From assembly GCF_006345805.1 (NCBI RefSeq), contig NC_043002.1, forward strand, positions 25,916,001 to 25,980,000: 64,000 nt of DNA, read 5' to 3'. The notes under the pieces are model-generated. The model saw only the letters and a list, made by a program, of their open reading frames with translations. It had not been told where the DNA came from and did not search any database. This document shows positions 1 through 13,696 of the stretch, one piece after another. Each line of letters begins with the position of its first letter. Positions within the stretch are counted from its first letter, which is position 1. The stretch comes from Octopus sinensis (Eukaryota). The translations under genes and the position numbers were made by a program.

Positions 1-210
1 TTCGTAATCGGAACACAAGGTTAGAAATTTTGAGCGAATCGATCGATTACATCACCTTCAGTATTTGACTGGTACTTCATTTTATCAACCTCGTAAGAAT
101 GAAAGGCAAAACTGACCTCGGCGTGATTTGAGCTTAGAATGTGAATAGCCAGAAGAAATGTCTCTTATTATTTTGTCCCGTGCTCTAACGATCCTGCCAA
201 TCCTCCTCTT
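1..210 (-). mobile_element. tRNA-derived SINE family A, degenerate copy
   Basis: Reverse complement resembles the copy at 61724-61940 (gattacatc...gtatttgactggtac...gaaaggcaaaactgacctcggcgtgatttgagcttagaa). Confidence 0.65.
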
Positions 211-697
211 ATGTTAGGACAATATATTGACCGAAGTCTAGTCAATCAAGTATTAGAGTGTCTTGTGATATACTTTCCTGCTCATTGCGTTCTGAGTTTA
301 AATCACGACGATGAAAATTCACATTTCGTTCTTTCTTCGCGGATAAAATCAAGTCTCTTCCGCAGTAAATTTTTCGCTTTGTTCTCATGTTAGTAAACAT
401 TGATATAATTTTATAGGGCAGGAGCAGGAGACATCACCGGACATAGTTGGGTTATATAATGACATTCAGAGTAGTAGGGCATGATTTGTCTAATACTTAA
501 AGTACAGGAAAATTGTCTTTTTATATTTATTGGTGCTTTTTGCGTTCAAATCAAGCCGAAGTAAACTTGGCATTTCATTTTTCCGAGGTCAATAAAAAGA
601 GCATCAGTTAATTATTGGGACGAAAACTCTTTTCTCTTCTCCTTCTCTCTCTCTGAATTGGCTACACTATACTGTGAGAAGGACCTCTTTACACACA

Positions 698-740
<43 letters not shown>

Positions 741-777
741 CAATATGTACACATAATATACATGCATACATACATAC

Positions 778-815
<38 letters not shown>

Positions 816-829
816 TATATATATATAAC

Positions 830-2250
830 ACGAGAAGACTGTCTTACTTCCGAAGGACTGATAAAAATAGTAGACTAGACAAGAAAAATGAACCCATCAA
901 TGAAAATATTGATAATGCTAAACCGGCTGACGGGACAGGAATAGTTTATAACAGAAGGGACTCAAACACTAACACCTGCAGAACATACATTGTAGTGGGG
1001 ATTGCAATAAAGGGTCAACAGTCGAGGGAAGACAACCTCAATACAAACCTATACCTCCACAAAACAAGGCGCGAGAATCGTTATAAATAGCAACACACAA
1101 ACACCTATGGGTAGGGAGCTAGGGAAAAATAGTATATCGATAGAAAGGAGGCAGCAGAGACATATAGAACACATAAAAGAATACATGAGAAGCAGGGAAT
1201 TAGGTCTCTGTAATTGTACTAAGAATAAAGTATGCCCTTTAAACTTCTAAATAGGGACCAGTTCGCTAAATTTCAAAACAAGACAATCTCACTATTTAAA
1301 TTCAATTATGGATAGATGTAAAATTAAGCAAAGTGATCTGCTCCCTTAAAGATAGAAACCTTAACTTTACCACAGAATGGGAGATATTATGATAGTACGG
1401 CTAAACCACATCGAGCAGAAGGAAATAGATGTTAACTATGTATAGAAGAAATGTACGAAATCTTTATATCGAGACACAAATTACTTATGAGCAAGCTCGA
1501 ACCGGTCTTAAGATAATTACCTGAACATACCAAGACATTTAAGAAATTTAACACACATTCTAGATTACTCATTATCTCACCCACAAATGGATGATAAAGA
1601 AAGGATGTCCTAAACTCCCCAAATACATGGCCTTTTCTAAACCAACCTAGTATATATTCTTTCTCCTTTCTATTACCTAGCATAAATATCACAGCCACGA
1701 AAATATCTGAATAACTAAGAACATAATATTGAACTGAACCACCTTAAAATAAATTACATTACAAGAACTATACTTGAAAGTAAGGTTTTTAAGTACCTAT
1801 CTACAGCAATATACAAAGAAGCCTGCCAAAACAGTAACTCAAACTTCGACCTAATTAGATAGAATCCCGACTTCGGATAGCAACTGAAGTGAAATCACGG
1901 TCAACCACACAGGCTTACAAACAGATCAGATTTCAGATTCAAAACAATCACCTCTCACTTTCCCTTGAACCCTAACCAACAAACAACTAACTGTATTCAG
2001 CTCGCTTCGAGCCTAGCTGGTTGAAAGATCCTGAACAAAACTGCACACAAAATATGTCCGGTTGTATCTGCAATTGCACCTACTCTCCGCAGAGAAGCGA
2101 ACACGAAATTATCCATCGGAGGAATTTACAGCGTGAGTGACAGCCCATAGTATTCATAGATATTAAATACTAAACGATGTAGTTAGCCGTAACCTGGAAT
2201 ATAACTCAGAGCTACCACGGTATCCACCCGGATAATATATCACTCTAAAT
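830..2250 (+). mobile_element. Penelope-like element remnant (GIY-YIG endonuclease C-terminus plus 3' region)
   Basis: Manual translation gives LCNCTKNKVCP at 1206, then EWEIL and AKPHRAEGNRC*LCIEE at ~1370-1452. This fits the CNC..CP / W.I / RC.LC.EK pattern of PLE GIY-YIG domains. Stops and frameshifts present; outer boundaries approximate. Confidence 0.6.
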
Positions 2251-2271
2251 ACACACACACACGCACATACA

Positions 2272-2637
2272 GAGGCGTGGTGGTGTGGTAAGAAGCTTGC
2301 TTCTCAACCACATGGTTCCAGGTTCAGTCCCACTACATGGTAGCTTAGGTGTCTTCCACTATAACTTCGGGCCGGCCGAAGCCTTGTGAGAGGACTTGAT
2401 AGACGGAAACTGAAAGAAGCCCGTTGTATATCTATCTGTCTGTCTATGTGTGTGCGTGTGTGTTTTTGTGTCCCCCCACATTACCACTTGACAACTGATG
2501 TTGAAGTGTTTACGTCCTTGTAACTTAGCAGTTCGGCACAAGAGACCGATAGAATAAATATTAGGCTTAAGCAATAAGTCCTGGGGTCGATTCGTTCGAC
2601 TAAAACCCTTCAAGGCGGTGCTCCAGCAGTAAAAGAA
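2272..2637 (+). mobile_element. tRNA-derived SINE family B (probably Meta-domain type)
   Basis: Head ...gtggtaagaagcttgc...ggttcagtcccac, core gccttgtgag...gacggaaactgaaagaagcccgt, internal (TG)n; homologous to 46338-46740. Confidence 0.8.
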
Positions 2638-2939
2638 TATATATATATTCATATGTGTGTGTGCATGTGTGTGAATGCATGTGTGTGTGTTTGCGTACCT
2701 GCGCGTGTGTTTGTCTGTGTGTGAGCATTCGATTTCTCAAAACTTCCAGAGTGTATAACAGATCATTCTGACAGAAGCTTTTGAGAAATACACCAGCTTT
2801 TTTTTCCGCATTATTTCGGTAACAACACATCCAAATTAAGAAGACTCTGTTAGTCACTTTAAGGTGCTAACTACGTAACCTTGAGAACGTCGACCTAAAA
2901 ACCTTAAGTCACAAGGTGAAACAGATTCGGGTAATATCA

Positions 2940-3200
2940 ACGTTGGATACGTAGGTCTTTGGTTTTCTAAAACACTGAAGTCATATTATAACGGTCAACA
3001 GAACCCTTTCTAAAATGTCTAGTAATAAGTGGTGTACAACAAGGCATAATTCTGGGACCCCACTTTTTAGCTTCTCAATATTGTCTAATAGAAATATTAG
3101 TGGTGACACAGTCACCTAGTAAATATAAAAGATTATTCACTGGTTGACAAAGCTAAAATTGTTCAGAAGAGTTGGGTGAAGTTTATTAGAGGACGTGGGC
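2940..3200 (+). pseudogene. Highly decayed LINE RT fragment (CR1/L2-like)
   Basis: ISGVQQGIILGPTF at ~3025-3066 resembles the RT motif SGVPQG.VLGP.LF; downstream VDKAKI resembles ADDTKI. Confidence 0.4.
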
Positions 3201-3557
3201 GAGAAAATCAATTCAGATAAGAAGCAGAAAAAAGAATAAATGAAGAACTACAGATGTTACTGAATCAGATAGCAAGAAGATACATGCAAAGGAAATAAAG
3301 TAAAGTGACCAAGAAAAGTGTAGAACAGCATAAAATATATATGTGCTGCAGATTTGTTTTTACAATAGAAAACAAGCTGTGATTTCAAATACTTTTATCA
3401 CATTATATCGCCAGATTTACGTAATATTGGATAATGTCGTTAGTTTAGTGTAAACTTAAATCGCATTAGTTTTGCATAAGAGATGGTAAACGATGATGGT
3501 AATGTTGTTGATGACGAAGACGATGATGATGATGTTGATAATGATGATGATAATACT

Positions 3558-3773
3558 AATGGTTTCAAATTTTAGCACGAGGCCAGTAAGATGGGCGGAG
3601 TGGGTAGGTCGATTACATCGACTCTAGTGCTCAACAGGTACGCTTTTTATCAGCTTCAAAAGGATAAAAGGTAAAGTCGACATCAGCGTAATTTGAACTC
3701 AAAACTAAAAGACAGATGGAATGACGCTTAACATTTTTGCCGGCATGCTAAAGATTTTGTCAGCTCACTGCCT
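3558..3773 (-). mobile_element. SINE family A copy
   Basis: Reverse complement of the 61724 family from ...tcaaattttagcacgaggccag to ...tcactgcctt. Confidence 0.75.
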
Positions 3774-3790
3774 TAATAATAATAACAAAA

Positions 3791-3883
<93 letters not shown>

Positions 3884-3910
3884 TAATAATAATAATAATA
3901 ATAATAATAA

Positions 3911-4284
3911 ATTCTTTTATTGGCCACAAGGGCTGACAAAAATCAATTATCATATAAAAGGACAAAAACAGGACGAAAATTACAAAGGGTTTTGTCCGTT
4001 TGCGAAGCAATCCGAGTAAAAAAGCAGTTTAACAAAGAAAAACTCCCAATAGGGGGAGGCGTTACGAAAGGCTCCTGGTGGAAAAAACCCATAAAAACCA
4101 ACGGGAGCCTGGTCAAAAGGTGGGTAGAGAGCCCCCCTTTTCCTTTTGTAATACCTTTTTCCTACAGGTGTATCCTCAGAATGGCTCCTTTCATACTGAC
4201 CATTCTTGCGACATTTATCCACCTTTCATTAAACTGGCTATCGGACAGCACTTTCCTCTCTACTCTCATCTTCCTTTTCAAGTG
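3911..4284 (-). mobile_element. Tx1-clade LINE 3' fragment (copy D) ending in (TTA)n
   Basis: Minus strand encodes HHLKRKMRVERKVLSDSQFNERWINVARMVSMKGAILRIHL*, homologous to the ORF2 C-terminus in the array. 3' end is gcccttgtggccaataaaagaat, then (TTA)n. Confidence 0.85.
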
Positions 4285-4833
4285 ATGCAGTACCAGGTAG
4301 TGGCTCTCATGGCTCGTCATTCTAATTGATTGGAAGTGTTATCATGTACATTGTTTTGTCTTGGTATAAAAGCTTGGCTACAGCAAATATTCTGCTCAAT
4401 ACCACAGATTTGCTTGTCAGTTGTTTGACTTTAACCAGATGACCATGTCCCTTAGTGGCTGAGGATATGTGCATTTCTGATCACAAGCAGAAGTAGTGGG
4501 GGAGCATCATAGCCGTGTGTTGAATGGAATTCTTTGGAGGTTTGGATAATTCACCTTTGGAAACATGGGTGGTTCGTTCAACATCCTTAAACAATCCTTA
4601 TTCAGGGACCTTTTGAGCGGGATGGGCTACTCGACCTGAAGAAAATTCTAACTGGGCCCCACCTGCAAGGTCATGCGCTGTTTACTTTGATATGAGATAA
4701 CCATGTCGCGCACATATGGTTGTGATGCATGTGCCTGGTGTACCCTTATCAGAGGAGTAGTCATGATGGGTATACTGGGCTTCGTATATTTTACCCCAGT
4801 GTCAATTTGATGGCATGCATTAGTCTCTCACTC
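4285..4833 (+). mobile_element. Interspersed retroelement-like repeat (~550 bp) with (AAT)n tail; family unassigned
   Basis: Higher-complexity, non-coding block ending ...ctctcactc and followed by an (AAT)n/(GAT)n run to ~5030; recalled as an abundant octopus repeat. Confidence 0.5.
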
Positions 4834-4864
4834 AATAATGATAATAATAATAATAATAATAATG

Positions 4865-4913
<49 letters not shown>

Positions 4914-5195
4914 CAATAATAGTAATAATAATAATAATGATGATGATCATGATGATCATGACGACGACGATGATAATGGTAATGATCACGATGATAATGA
5001 TGATGATGACAACGACGACGATGATGATAATTTTCCCCCAGCTTACTTTATCGTCAATACGTTTTAATATCACCTAAGTATGACTAAGTTCGTTAGCAAT
5101 CAGGTGATTCTGTTTTCTGTTTCATATCACCAACACTCGTAGGCACACACATACGCACGCGCGCAAACAGACAGACACACAGATACTCACGAACA

Positions 5196-5256
<61 letters not shown>

Positions 5257-5659
5257 CATACACACATACACACACATGCACACACACACACACACACACA
5301 TATATGTGAGGCGCATGTGATCTCTCTCTCTCTCCCTCTCTCTCTCTCTCTATCTATCTGTACGTGCGCGTGTATACCTGCAAATGTGGCTGTATACAAT
5401 GGCACTAATGACTGGATGACAGATGAAAGGAACAAAAAAAAATACTCCACATCACATGTGTAAATAGTGCTTAGATATAAAGATTTAAAGTCGTGGATAT
5501 AATTATTTGAGAAAAGGGCTTACGAAAAAAAAAAAACAGAAACAAAAAATATGAGTGATTGGAAAGTAGGGGTCATTCTGCCATGAAAATCTTCATATGA
5601 TAGCTGTTATTTTTTAATGTTTATGTGATATCTCAGTTGATATCTTATATATCTGGGTT

Positions 5660-5900
5660 GGGTGCTCTAAGTTCTATATAACTTTTAATCGTTTTCGTGT
5701 TGTGTGGATATCGGTAACTTTTCAGGTGTATACATATGACAGGTGTTGGAATTTTGATAGTTGTCAGCGGAATCTAATTGACCTAATGAGATATTGTTGG
5801 TTGGGTTTTAAACTTCAGATTCCAAATATGACTAGCGTATGTAGTATTGTATCTTCCATGCAAGTTCCTCATTTGCATTGAGTTTCACAAAATCGAATAT
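5660..5900 (-). pseudogene. Second decayed Penelope-like GIY-YIG C-terminal remnant
   Basis: Minus strand gives YASHIWNLKFK, then NYQNSNTCHMYTPEKLPI in a shifted frame, resembling the S.IW.LK ... Y...KRC.LC..EK..I pattern. Confidence 0.45.
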
Positions 5901-6099
5901 TTACTTACATATGATATATTTTTCATAAGCTTATGGCTCTCTGTAAATATTACTTAACTTATATACATTTAACAGCAACATAAATTGTAACTTTTTGATT
6001 TATCAACACATTTTGTATAACATAAATTTCCTGTTCTTTTAACGAGAGCTAAATCCTCCTAATTTATTTAATAAATCTAACATCAACACTAATAAAACC

Positions 6100-6173
<74 letters not shown>

Positions 6174-6492
6174 ACATACACAAACACACTGACATACTCA
6201 TACCCACACACTAAACTACGTTTCCTTCATGAATGCAAGGCATGCAAAGGAAGCTTAAATGTAGATAAATATAATTTTATTATAAAACCTTCATTTTTAT
6301 GAGAGACTGTTAGAAGTGGGGATATTATATATTATATGTATCCTGCTTTTATTGTATTCTTTTGATGCTTTATTTATTTTTAATTGCATGTTGTGGCTTA
6401 AATTCAAAGATGTGCTTCTTATGATAGCAACTAAAACTTGCAACCACAAAAGAGTATCTTTGAAATCTACTCTTACCATGCAATTACACACA

Positions 6493-6541
<49 letters not shown>

Positions 6542-6659
6542 GCATACACACACACACAAATACACACAGATATAATAGTATTTTATAAACATAAAGCTTA
6601 TAGCGAACACCGAAGAATGACTGAAGTCGCAGTAAAATATATATATATATACATACATA

Positions 6660-6960
<301 letters not shown>

Positions 6961-7711
6961 GTAATTTTAGTAATATATCTCATATTAATTATATCAGACC
7001 TCATCTCAACCATATTCATGCTAATGGTTTCTGTACGAAACTCACAAAGAAATATTCTGCCTAGAAAATATGTTTCTTCTCTAAAAAGCTGTAATATTTT
7101 ATCATAAAACCAAAACCTTCTGTGAAGTCGACAATACTCTATAAAAGTAAAGACACAATGATAACATTATACAAAACCAGCGTGCAAACGTGCAGCACAA
7201 TAAAAAGTGCCGTGAAAATTATAACATCAAATTTGAAACTAGGTAATAGACAAAATGGCGGCATTCAGCAACATTAAGCACCACAAATGTATTTTGATGC
7301 TAACGCTAAATGTAGGTTAATTAATCCAGCTATGGCTGAAAATCGATTATATTAATTTTCAGAAACTTTAGTTACAATATTTGGAAAGCAACCAATCTTA
7401 AAGATTGGAACAATCGGTTCAATATCGTTAAGAATTAACATAACTCTAGTTTCATCCATTTTGTTATTTTCTAATTTTAAACTTGAATCTCTAAATCTGT
7501 ATTCCTAATTTTCAAAATACAAGATAAAGAAATTAAAATTAACAAGCCCTGAGAAAAATCCTACTTTTTTCGACAATGTTTCTGCATTGGTGAAAAGTAT
7601 ACTCATCTGATGGTTCTATCAATATAAGTAAGTGGGGGGCATACAATAGCGCAAAAGGCGTGTGAACTTTTAAGCGAACACACACAGACACATATACACA
7701 CAAAGAGACAC

Positions 7712-7795
<84 letters not shown>

Positions 7796-8479
7796 TATAT
7801 ATGTATATACATTAGAAATACTAAGCATATTTGAATAAACGTTGATACAATAACTTAGCTATACTCGAATACTCCAACTAAAACTTGCAGACACCTCAAA
7901 AACACCTTATTTACACAATAAGCTGTTTTAGTTTAACAGCAACGCTACACATTCAAGATTAGTTGACACCTGAAATGTTACCTTTAATATGGCCAAAAAG
8001 TACATGAACGCATTTAGCATACTGATCGAAACTCACATATTAGTATAGGCTTCTGCCACCTAGCAATATGTTTTTAGAACCTTATGAATAATACTCGGTG
8101 TAGAAGTTGTCCTCAAGTAATATCTTTGACAAATTGCCTTCTTAACCGAATAGTGTACTAGAAGACAGCAGATTCAAAAGCAAAATTACCTCAGCTCCAC
8201 CATTCCACACTAAGAAGTGTCCTAATATTTTGTAATCCACACCACCTACTTTGCTAATTTTTCAGTAGAATATTACAAACCTCCCCGAAATTTAACCTTA
8301 ACTGGTAAACTTGTTACAACTAATTATTAGTATAGAAAATTATTTGCTACAGATGTACCACAAGGATGCCAAACATTATATCTCTCGAAAACTGATGTTA
8401 TCTGTACATGTACAGTATACCCAGCATTTATCAACCAAAAGCTTCTTCACAACACCCATTTTGATGTTGAGGAAACTTA

Positions 8480-8800
8480 TCTAACAACCGGCATCAAAAT
8501 TCTGATGAGGCCTTTTTCTGTATACCTTAATTTTGACAGAGTATTTGATAAGGTTAAGCCCGGGATCTTGTCACAAGCTGTGAATAGTGACTTTATAATA
8601 AGTATAAGCACTGTGATCTCTGATTTTCCGAGACAGTAAAATGTTTGCAGGCTGCGAAATACTATCCGAGGTGTCTGTTATGAAATAGAGTCCAACAAGC
8701 CATCGTTTCTATGTCCCGTTTTGTTACTTATCATATTGTAAAACACAGAATAAATGCTGTCATCACTCAATTCAAGACTGTGTCAGATGTGGTAGAAAAT
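8480..8800 (+). pseudogene. Decayed LINE RT fragment (CR1/L2-like)
   Basis: YLNFDRVFDKV at 8521 resembles YLDFAKAFDKV; downstream sequence is interrupted by stops. Confidence 0.4.
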
Positions 8801-9740
8801 AAAAGAAATTGTTTAAAATAATGAAGTGAGCATAAGTTGCAGATGAATAAGAAAGTAATTTAGAAAGAAAGTGAAAAAAAGCAAAAACAAACAAATGAAG
8901 TATTTCGGCTTATATTGAGTAATCAAGAATTCAAACAAAAGTGTGAAACTTTGAGAAAAGTGTGTAATAAAGTGAAATAAACGTTACTTTTGTTCTGAAA
9001 TTAAAACAATAGAAAGAATAGAAATAAATAAGCTGTGATGTTTTTGAATCTCTTTATCGTTTCACATCATTACTTTAAAGTAAATTTGCGACATTTTCGT
9101 GTAAAACTAACCTATGATATTTTCAAAAATGAAATGAAAAATATACTAGTATGTTCAATTCAATTTTTTTATTTTGAAATCTTTCTAACTTTCCTGATAT
9201 ACTTACAGCCAGAGCCATTTGGATCAGAAGAATGCTCCACAATCAGATGGCTCCACGTTCAACTTTACTCCACGGAACTCGCGAAATTGTCTTGTACCAC
9301 ATACACAACGCGAACTAGATCAGTCGCGGTCGATTTCAACCCATAACCACGTGGTCGCAGACTCAATTTCTCTACCACTAATCCATAGCAATATGTTATT
9401 AAACTTAAATGGATCTTTTCACTTTGACCGGCAGATTTTTAAAATATTTTCTTTGTAACTAAACACTTTTAAACTTCGTATACTGGTAGAATGTGTTACA
9501 TAAAACATCTTTTTCGCTTGGCTTTCTTGAGAAAATTCTGTAGTTTGTTAGCTATTTCTTGCTAAATTTCTTTCATTTCGGCGATTTCAACCAATCAATG
9601 ACGTCTATTGAGGTGAATAAAATTTCTGCGGTTGTTTGTCAACAACAATTTCTTGTGGTGTCATATCAATTTGTCACTGTTATTTATGACATACTTGTTC
9701 GTGTGTCTGACCCCTTCCCTATATATATGTATATATATAT

Positions 9741-9822
<82 letters not shown>

Positions 9823-10112
9823 CATACACATATACAGACTGTTCTAGGACCTAAAACTCTTCAAATGTAATTTTTGTCTAATATTTTCCTGATAAGATTC
9901 TTACACATTAACATGAATTTTTCTAAATTCATTATTGGGTCTGAATCGAAACTATTGTACAATTGTAGGATTATGATATTTATATTACAACAATAATATA
10001 ATATTACGTTCATTAAAATATGTCAACCGTAAGTCTCCATTTCTTTTCATTTATATGTATGTATATATATATATACATGCACAAATAAATATATATATAT
10101 GCATATGTATAT

Positions 10113-10150
<38 letters not shown>

Positions 10151-10156
10151 GTATAT

Positions 10157-10196
<40 letters not shown>

Positions 10197-10221
10197 CTAT
10201 AACATATATATTTATACATAC

Positions 10222-10377
10222 ACACACACATATAGATTCGTCTACGAATTTCACTTACAAGGCCTTGGTCGGCCCGAGGGCATAGCAGAAGACACTTTTC
10301 CAAGGTGCCACACAGAACTGAAACAGGAACCATGTGGTTGAGAAGCAAGCTTCTTACCACACAGCAACGCCTGCACC
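10222..10377 (-). mobile_element. SINE family B, 5' part
   Basis: cacttacaaggccttggtcggcccgagg...gaaccatgtggttgagaagcaagcttcttaccacacagc is the reverse complement of the family B head and core. Confidence 0.8.
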
Positions 10378-11469
10378 TATTATATACATGAATATATCTA
10401 TCTTTATATGGCAAATGAATGACGGAAGACGGAATATACCTGAATTCATCTATCATGACAATTGTTTCGTCACATCTAGATCGATCCCTCACGGGTGGGA
10501 CACTCAACAACTGGTTCAGCAGCATCCGGCGGTGCAGATGTATCTCATCGGGTTATAAATAGACACAACTCTTTAAAAGAACATTATCGCAATGTAACTT
10601 CTCATTTTGTAGAAAGAAACGCAGCCAGGCGGAGGAAATATCTTCATTTATTATAAAAGATCAAAAATGAAATCACAGATGAAAAAAGGGAACCGAATAT
10701 GCAATACAGCAAAAAAAAGTATATGGGGCACGACAAATTACAGTTCATTGTATTCTTTTGTTCCTTATAATATTGTCATACATTGTAGATGATAAATATG
10801 TAGTAATGATTAAATAATGGTAGAAGATGTAATTGTTTAAATGGGTGTGGAGAAGATGAATGAAAGAAAGTAGGTACGAAAAATAATTCAAACGAACGAG
10901 AAACTAAGAAAATAAAAGACAAAAAAAAACTTAAACAAAATAAGTAAGAAAAAAGCGAAGAACTACAGGTGTTACTGTGTAAGTCAGCAAGAAGATATAC
11001 ACAAGGAAAAGAATGAATGTCTGTGGAATGTGTGGAGCAGTATGAAATAAATATGACATCTATTCATATTTTTTAAAATTAGAAACAAGCTGTGATTTTA
11101 ACTCCGTTTATCTCTTCATATCGAGAATTTTACAAAATTTTGTCAAATTTTGTTTTTGTTTTCCATATAGAAGTAAACTGTGATATTTCACAGACTAAGT
11201 AGAAAATAATAATAATAATAATAATAATGTGTTTAACTTGTTTTTATTAGTTACATAATTGTTTTTTGCTGTGTCTTAACATGTGCACAGACATTCCTGC
11301 GTGGTTAAGATGTTTGATTCGCTATCAAATAAATCCGTATTTTCTTACGCTGTGCCGTACCTTGGGCAAGTGCCTTCCTCCATTTCCTAAGATAACTGAA
11401 GAATTCGTATGATAAAACTTGGAACTATATTGCTGCAAAAACACCTGCTTAAACTATTATCGATGCCTA

Positions 11470-12250
11470 TTATTTCATTAAAATGATTGGAATTAGTCGA
11501 TTACACCGACCCTAGCCCTCGACCCCGAAAGGATGAAAAGCAAAGTTGGTCTCAGTGGAATTTGTGTTCAGAACTCAAACAGCCGGGAGAATTGCTGCTA
11601 AGCATTTAATCCGATGCTCTAACGATTCTGCAGGCTCGTCACCTCAGAGAGAGAGAGAGAAGTTAATATTGGTTTCAAATTTTGGCTCAAGGCTAGGAGT
11701 TTCGGGAGAGCGGGCTTGTCGATTAGGTCAACCTCAGTGTTGAACTAGTACATTTTTTTTATTGGCTATGAAGGGATAAAAGGCAAAGTCAACCTCGGCA
11801 GAATTTGAACTCAGTTGGACGAAATGCGGTTAAATATTTTGCCCGGCGTGGTAACGATTCTGCCAGCTCGCCGCCTTAAAGAGAGAAGTTAACGGATAAT
11901 TTCAAATTCCGCCGAGGTCAACTTTGCCTTTCAGCTTTTCGGAGTCGATAAAGTAAGTACCAGTTGAACACTCAAGTCGATGTAATCGACTTACTCCTTC
12001 CCCCGAAATTGCTGGCCTTGTATCAAAACTTGAAACGAATATTAATAGATAATTTAAGGCGGCGAGCTGGCAGAATTCTTAGCATGCTGGACAAAATGCT
12101 TAGCGGCATTTCGTCCGTTTTTACGTTCTGAGTTCAAATTCTGCCGATGTCGACTTTATCTTTCATCCTTTCGGAGCCTATGAATTACGGACCAGTCAAG
12201 CACTGGGGTCGATGCAATCGGTTAGCGCACTCCAAAATTTCTGCGACCAG
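11470..12250. mobile_element. Cluster of four SINE family A copies or fragments (about 11470-11640 -, 11669-11878 -, 11899-12042 +, 12057-12250 +)
   Basis: Repeated ggcggcgagctggcagaa head, gagttcaaatt B-box and gtcgactt/actttgcctttca body, in both orientations. Confidence 0.75.
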
Positions 12251-12445
12251 AAAGAAACGAAAAAAGCGATCGATCTGGTTAGTCCGGAGATTAATTAATT
12301 TCCCTGGCAACATATAAGAGAAGCAAATATTTTATATGGCAAGATTAAAAAAAGTGCTTATTAAAAACACATACTGCAAAGTTCAACGCCGTGCTGTCCA
12401 CCTAGTAATTGTTTGTTTGATTGATTCATAAATTAATAAACGCAT

Positions 12446-12512
<67 letters not shown>

Positions 12513-12566
12513 CATACACACACACACACACGCGCACACACACACACACATCTCTAATTGTATGCA

Positions 12567-12730
12567 AGGGCGTCTTAGCGGCGTTATAGACCCGGGCGCA
12601 AATCAGTATATTAGGCCCTATATTATTTATTTATTGACAGCAAGGCACATCATACCCAAATCAGAATTGGGCCCCTAGATCTGTGAAGCCACGCCCGGTC
12701 GCTTCCCAGTGTGCCCATACCTTAAGACAG
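12567..12730. mobile_element. Possible short MITE (hAT-like termini)
   Basis: Left end gggcgtcttag and right end gtgcccataccttaagacag form imperfect inverted termini; no TSD confirmed. Confidence 0.35.
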
Positions 12731-13614
12731 TAGTGTATGTATGTACATATACATACACATAGATGCATGCGTACATAATACATACACACAAACATATCAA
12801 TGTATATAAGCACGATATCCCGAAGAGAATTATATAAATTTTGAATAATAGATCTTTGGACAAAATTAAATTTCTTAATATCCAGCTTGGTACGACCGGA
12901 AGAAACTTTATGATGCAATTTCCGCAACAGTAAAACTTAATTCTCAAGAAAGCGTTAACTGCACAATCCTTGAATTTGGTTGAAATAGGAATTTCGTGCT
13001 ATTAGCTGAAAGGCGTTGCCGTGAAAGAAATTTCGGGCACGTATTTGGGTTTTTAATTTCCAGAAAAATCGAAGTGAAATGGCGACGATCAGCGGACTTC
13101 TACCTGAAATATCAGTGGTAATAAGTGTAGTTCGACATAACGTCGACCTGGGCCTCCTTCTATTCGTTTTATATTATTAGGCATGGGAGTGGTGTAGAGT
13201 AAAAAAAAATCGTTTTTAAGACTTGAGTGAAGCGGGGGGGGGGGGAGAAAAATAATTTAGATAAAAATATTGAAACGTTAAATAAAGAATTACAAATGTT
13301 ACTGTGTAATCTAGCAAAAAGATTATATATATATATATATATATACATATAGGGGGAGAATTCACAAAAAAAACAAAAGACGAAGACAGGTTGTTTAGGA
13401 AACAAACAAATGTATTAGTATATATATATATATATATATAATTAAGTATACATGTCTGAGAAATGTGTGGAACAGCTTGAAATAAATATTGCATCTGTAC
13501 ATATATTTGGAAATAGAAAGCAAGCTGTGATTTTTAACTCAGATTAACTCTTCACATCGGGAAGTTTTACACAATTTTGTTAAATTTTATGTTTTGTCTC
13601 AATGTAAACTAGAA

Positions 13615-13687
<73 letters not shown>

Positions 13688-13696
13688 TAATAATAA

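Noticed and set aside
2083-2122. Remnant HHR in the first Penelope-like 3' region (ctcc...GAAA...TC-ggag)
   Set aside because: The CUGANGA core is absent.
10440-10570. Possible minus-strand exon (ttttaaag acceptor, cag|gtatat donor)
   Set aside because: All three frames contain stops across the 131 nt. It could be a UTR exon, but sequence alone does not support that.
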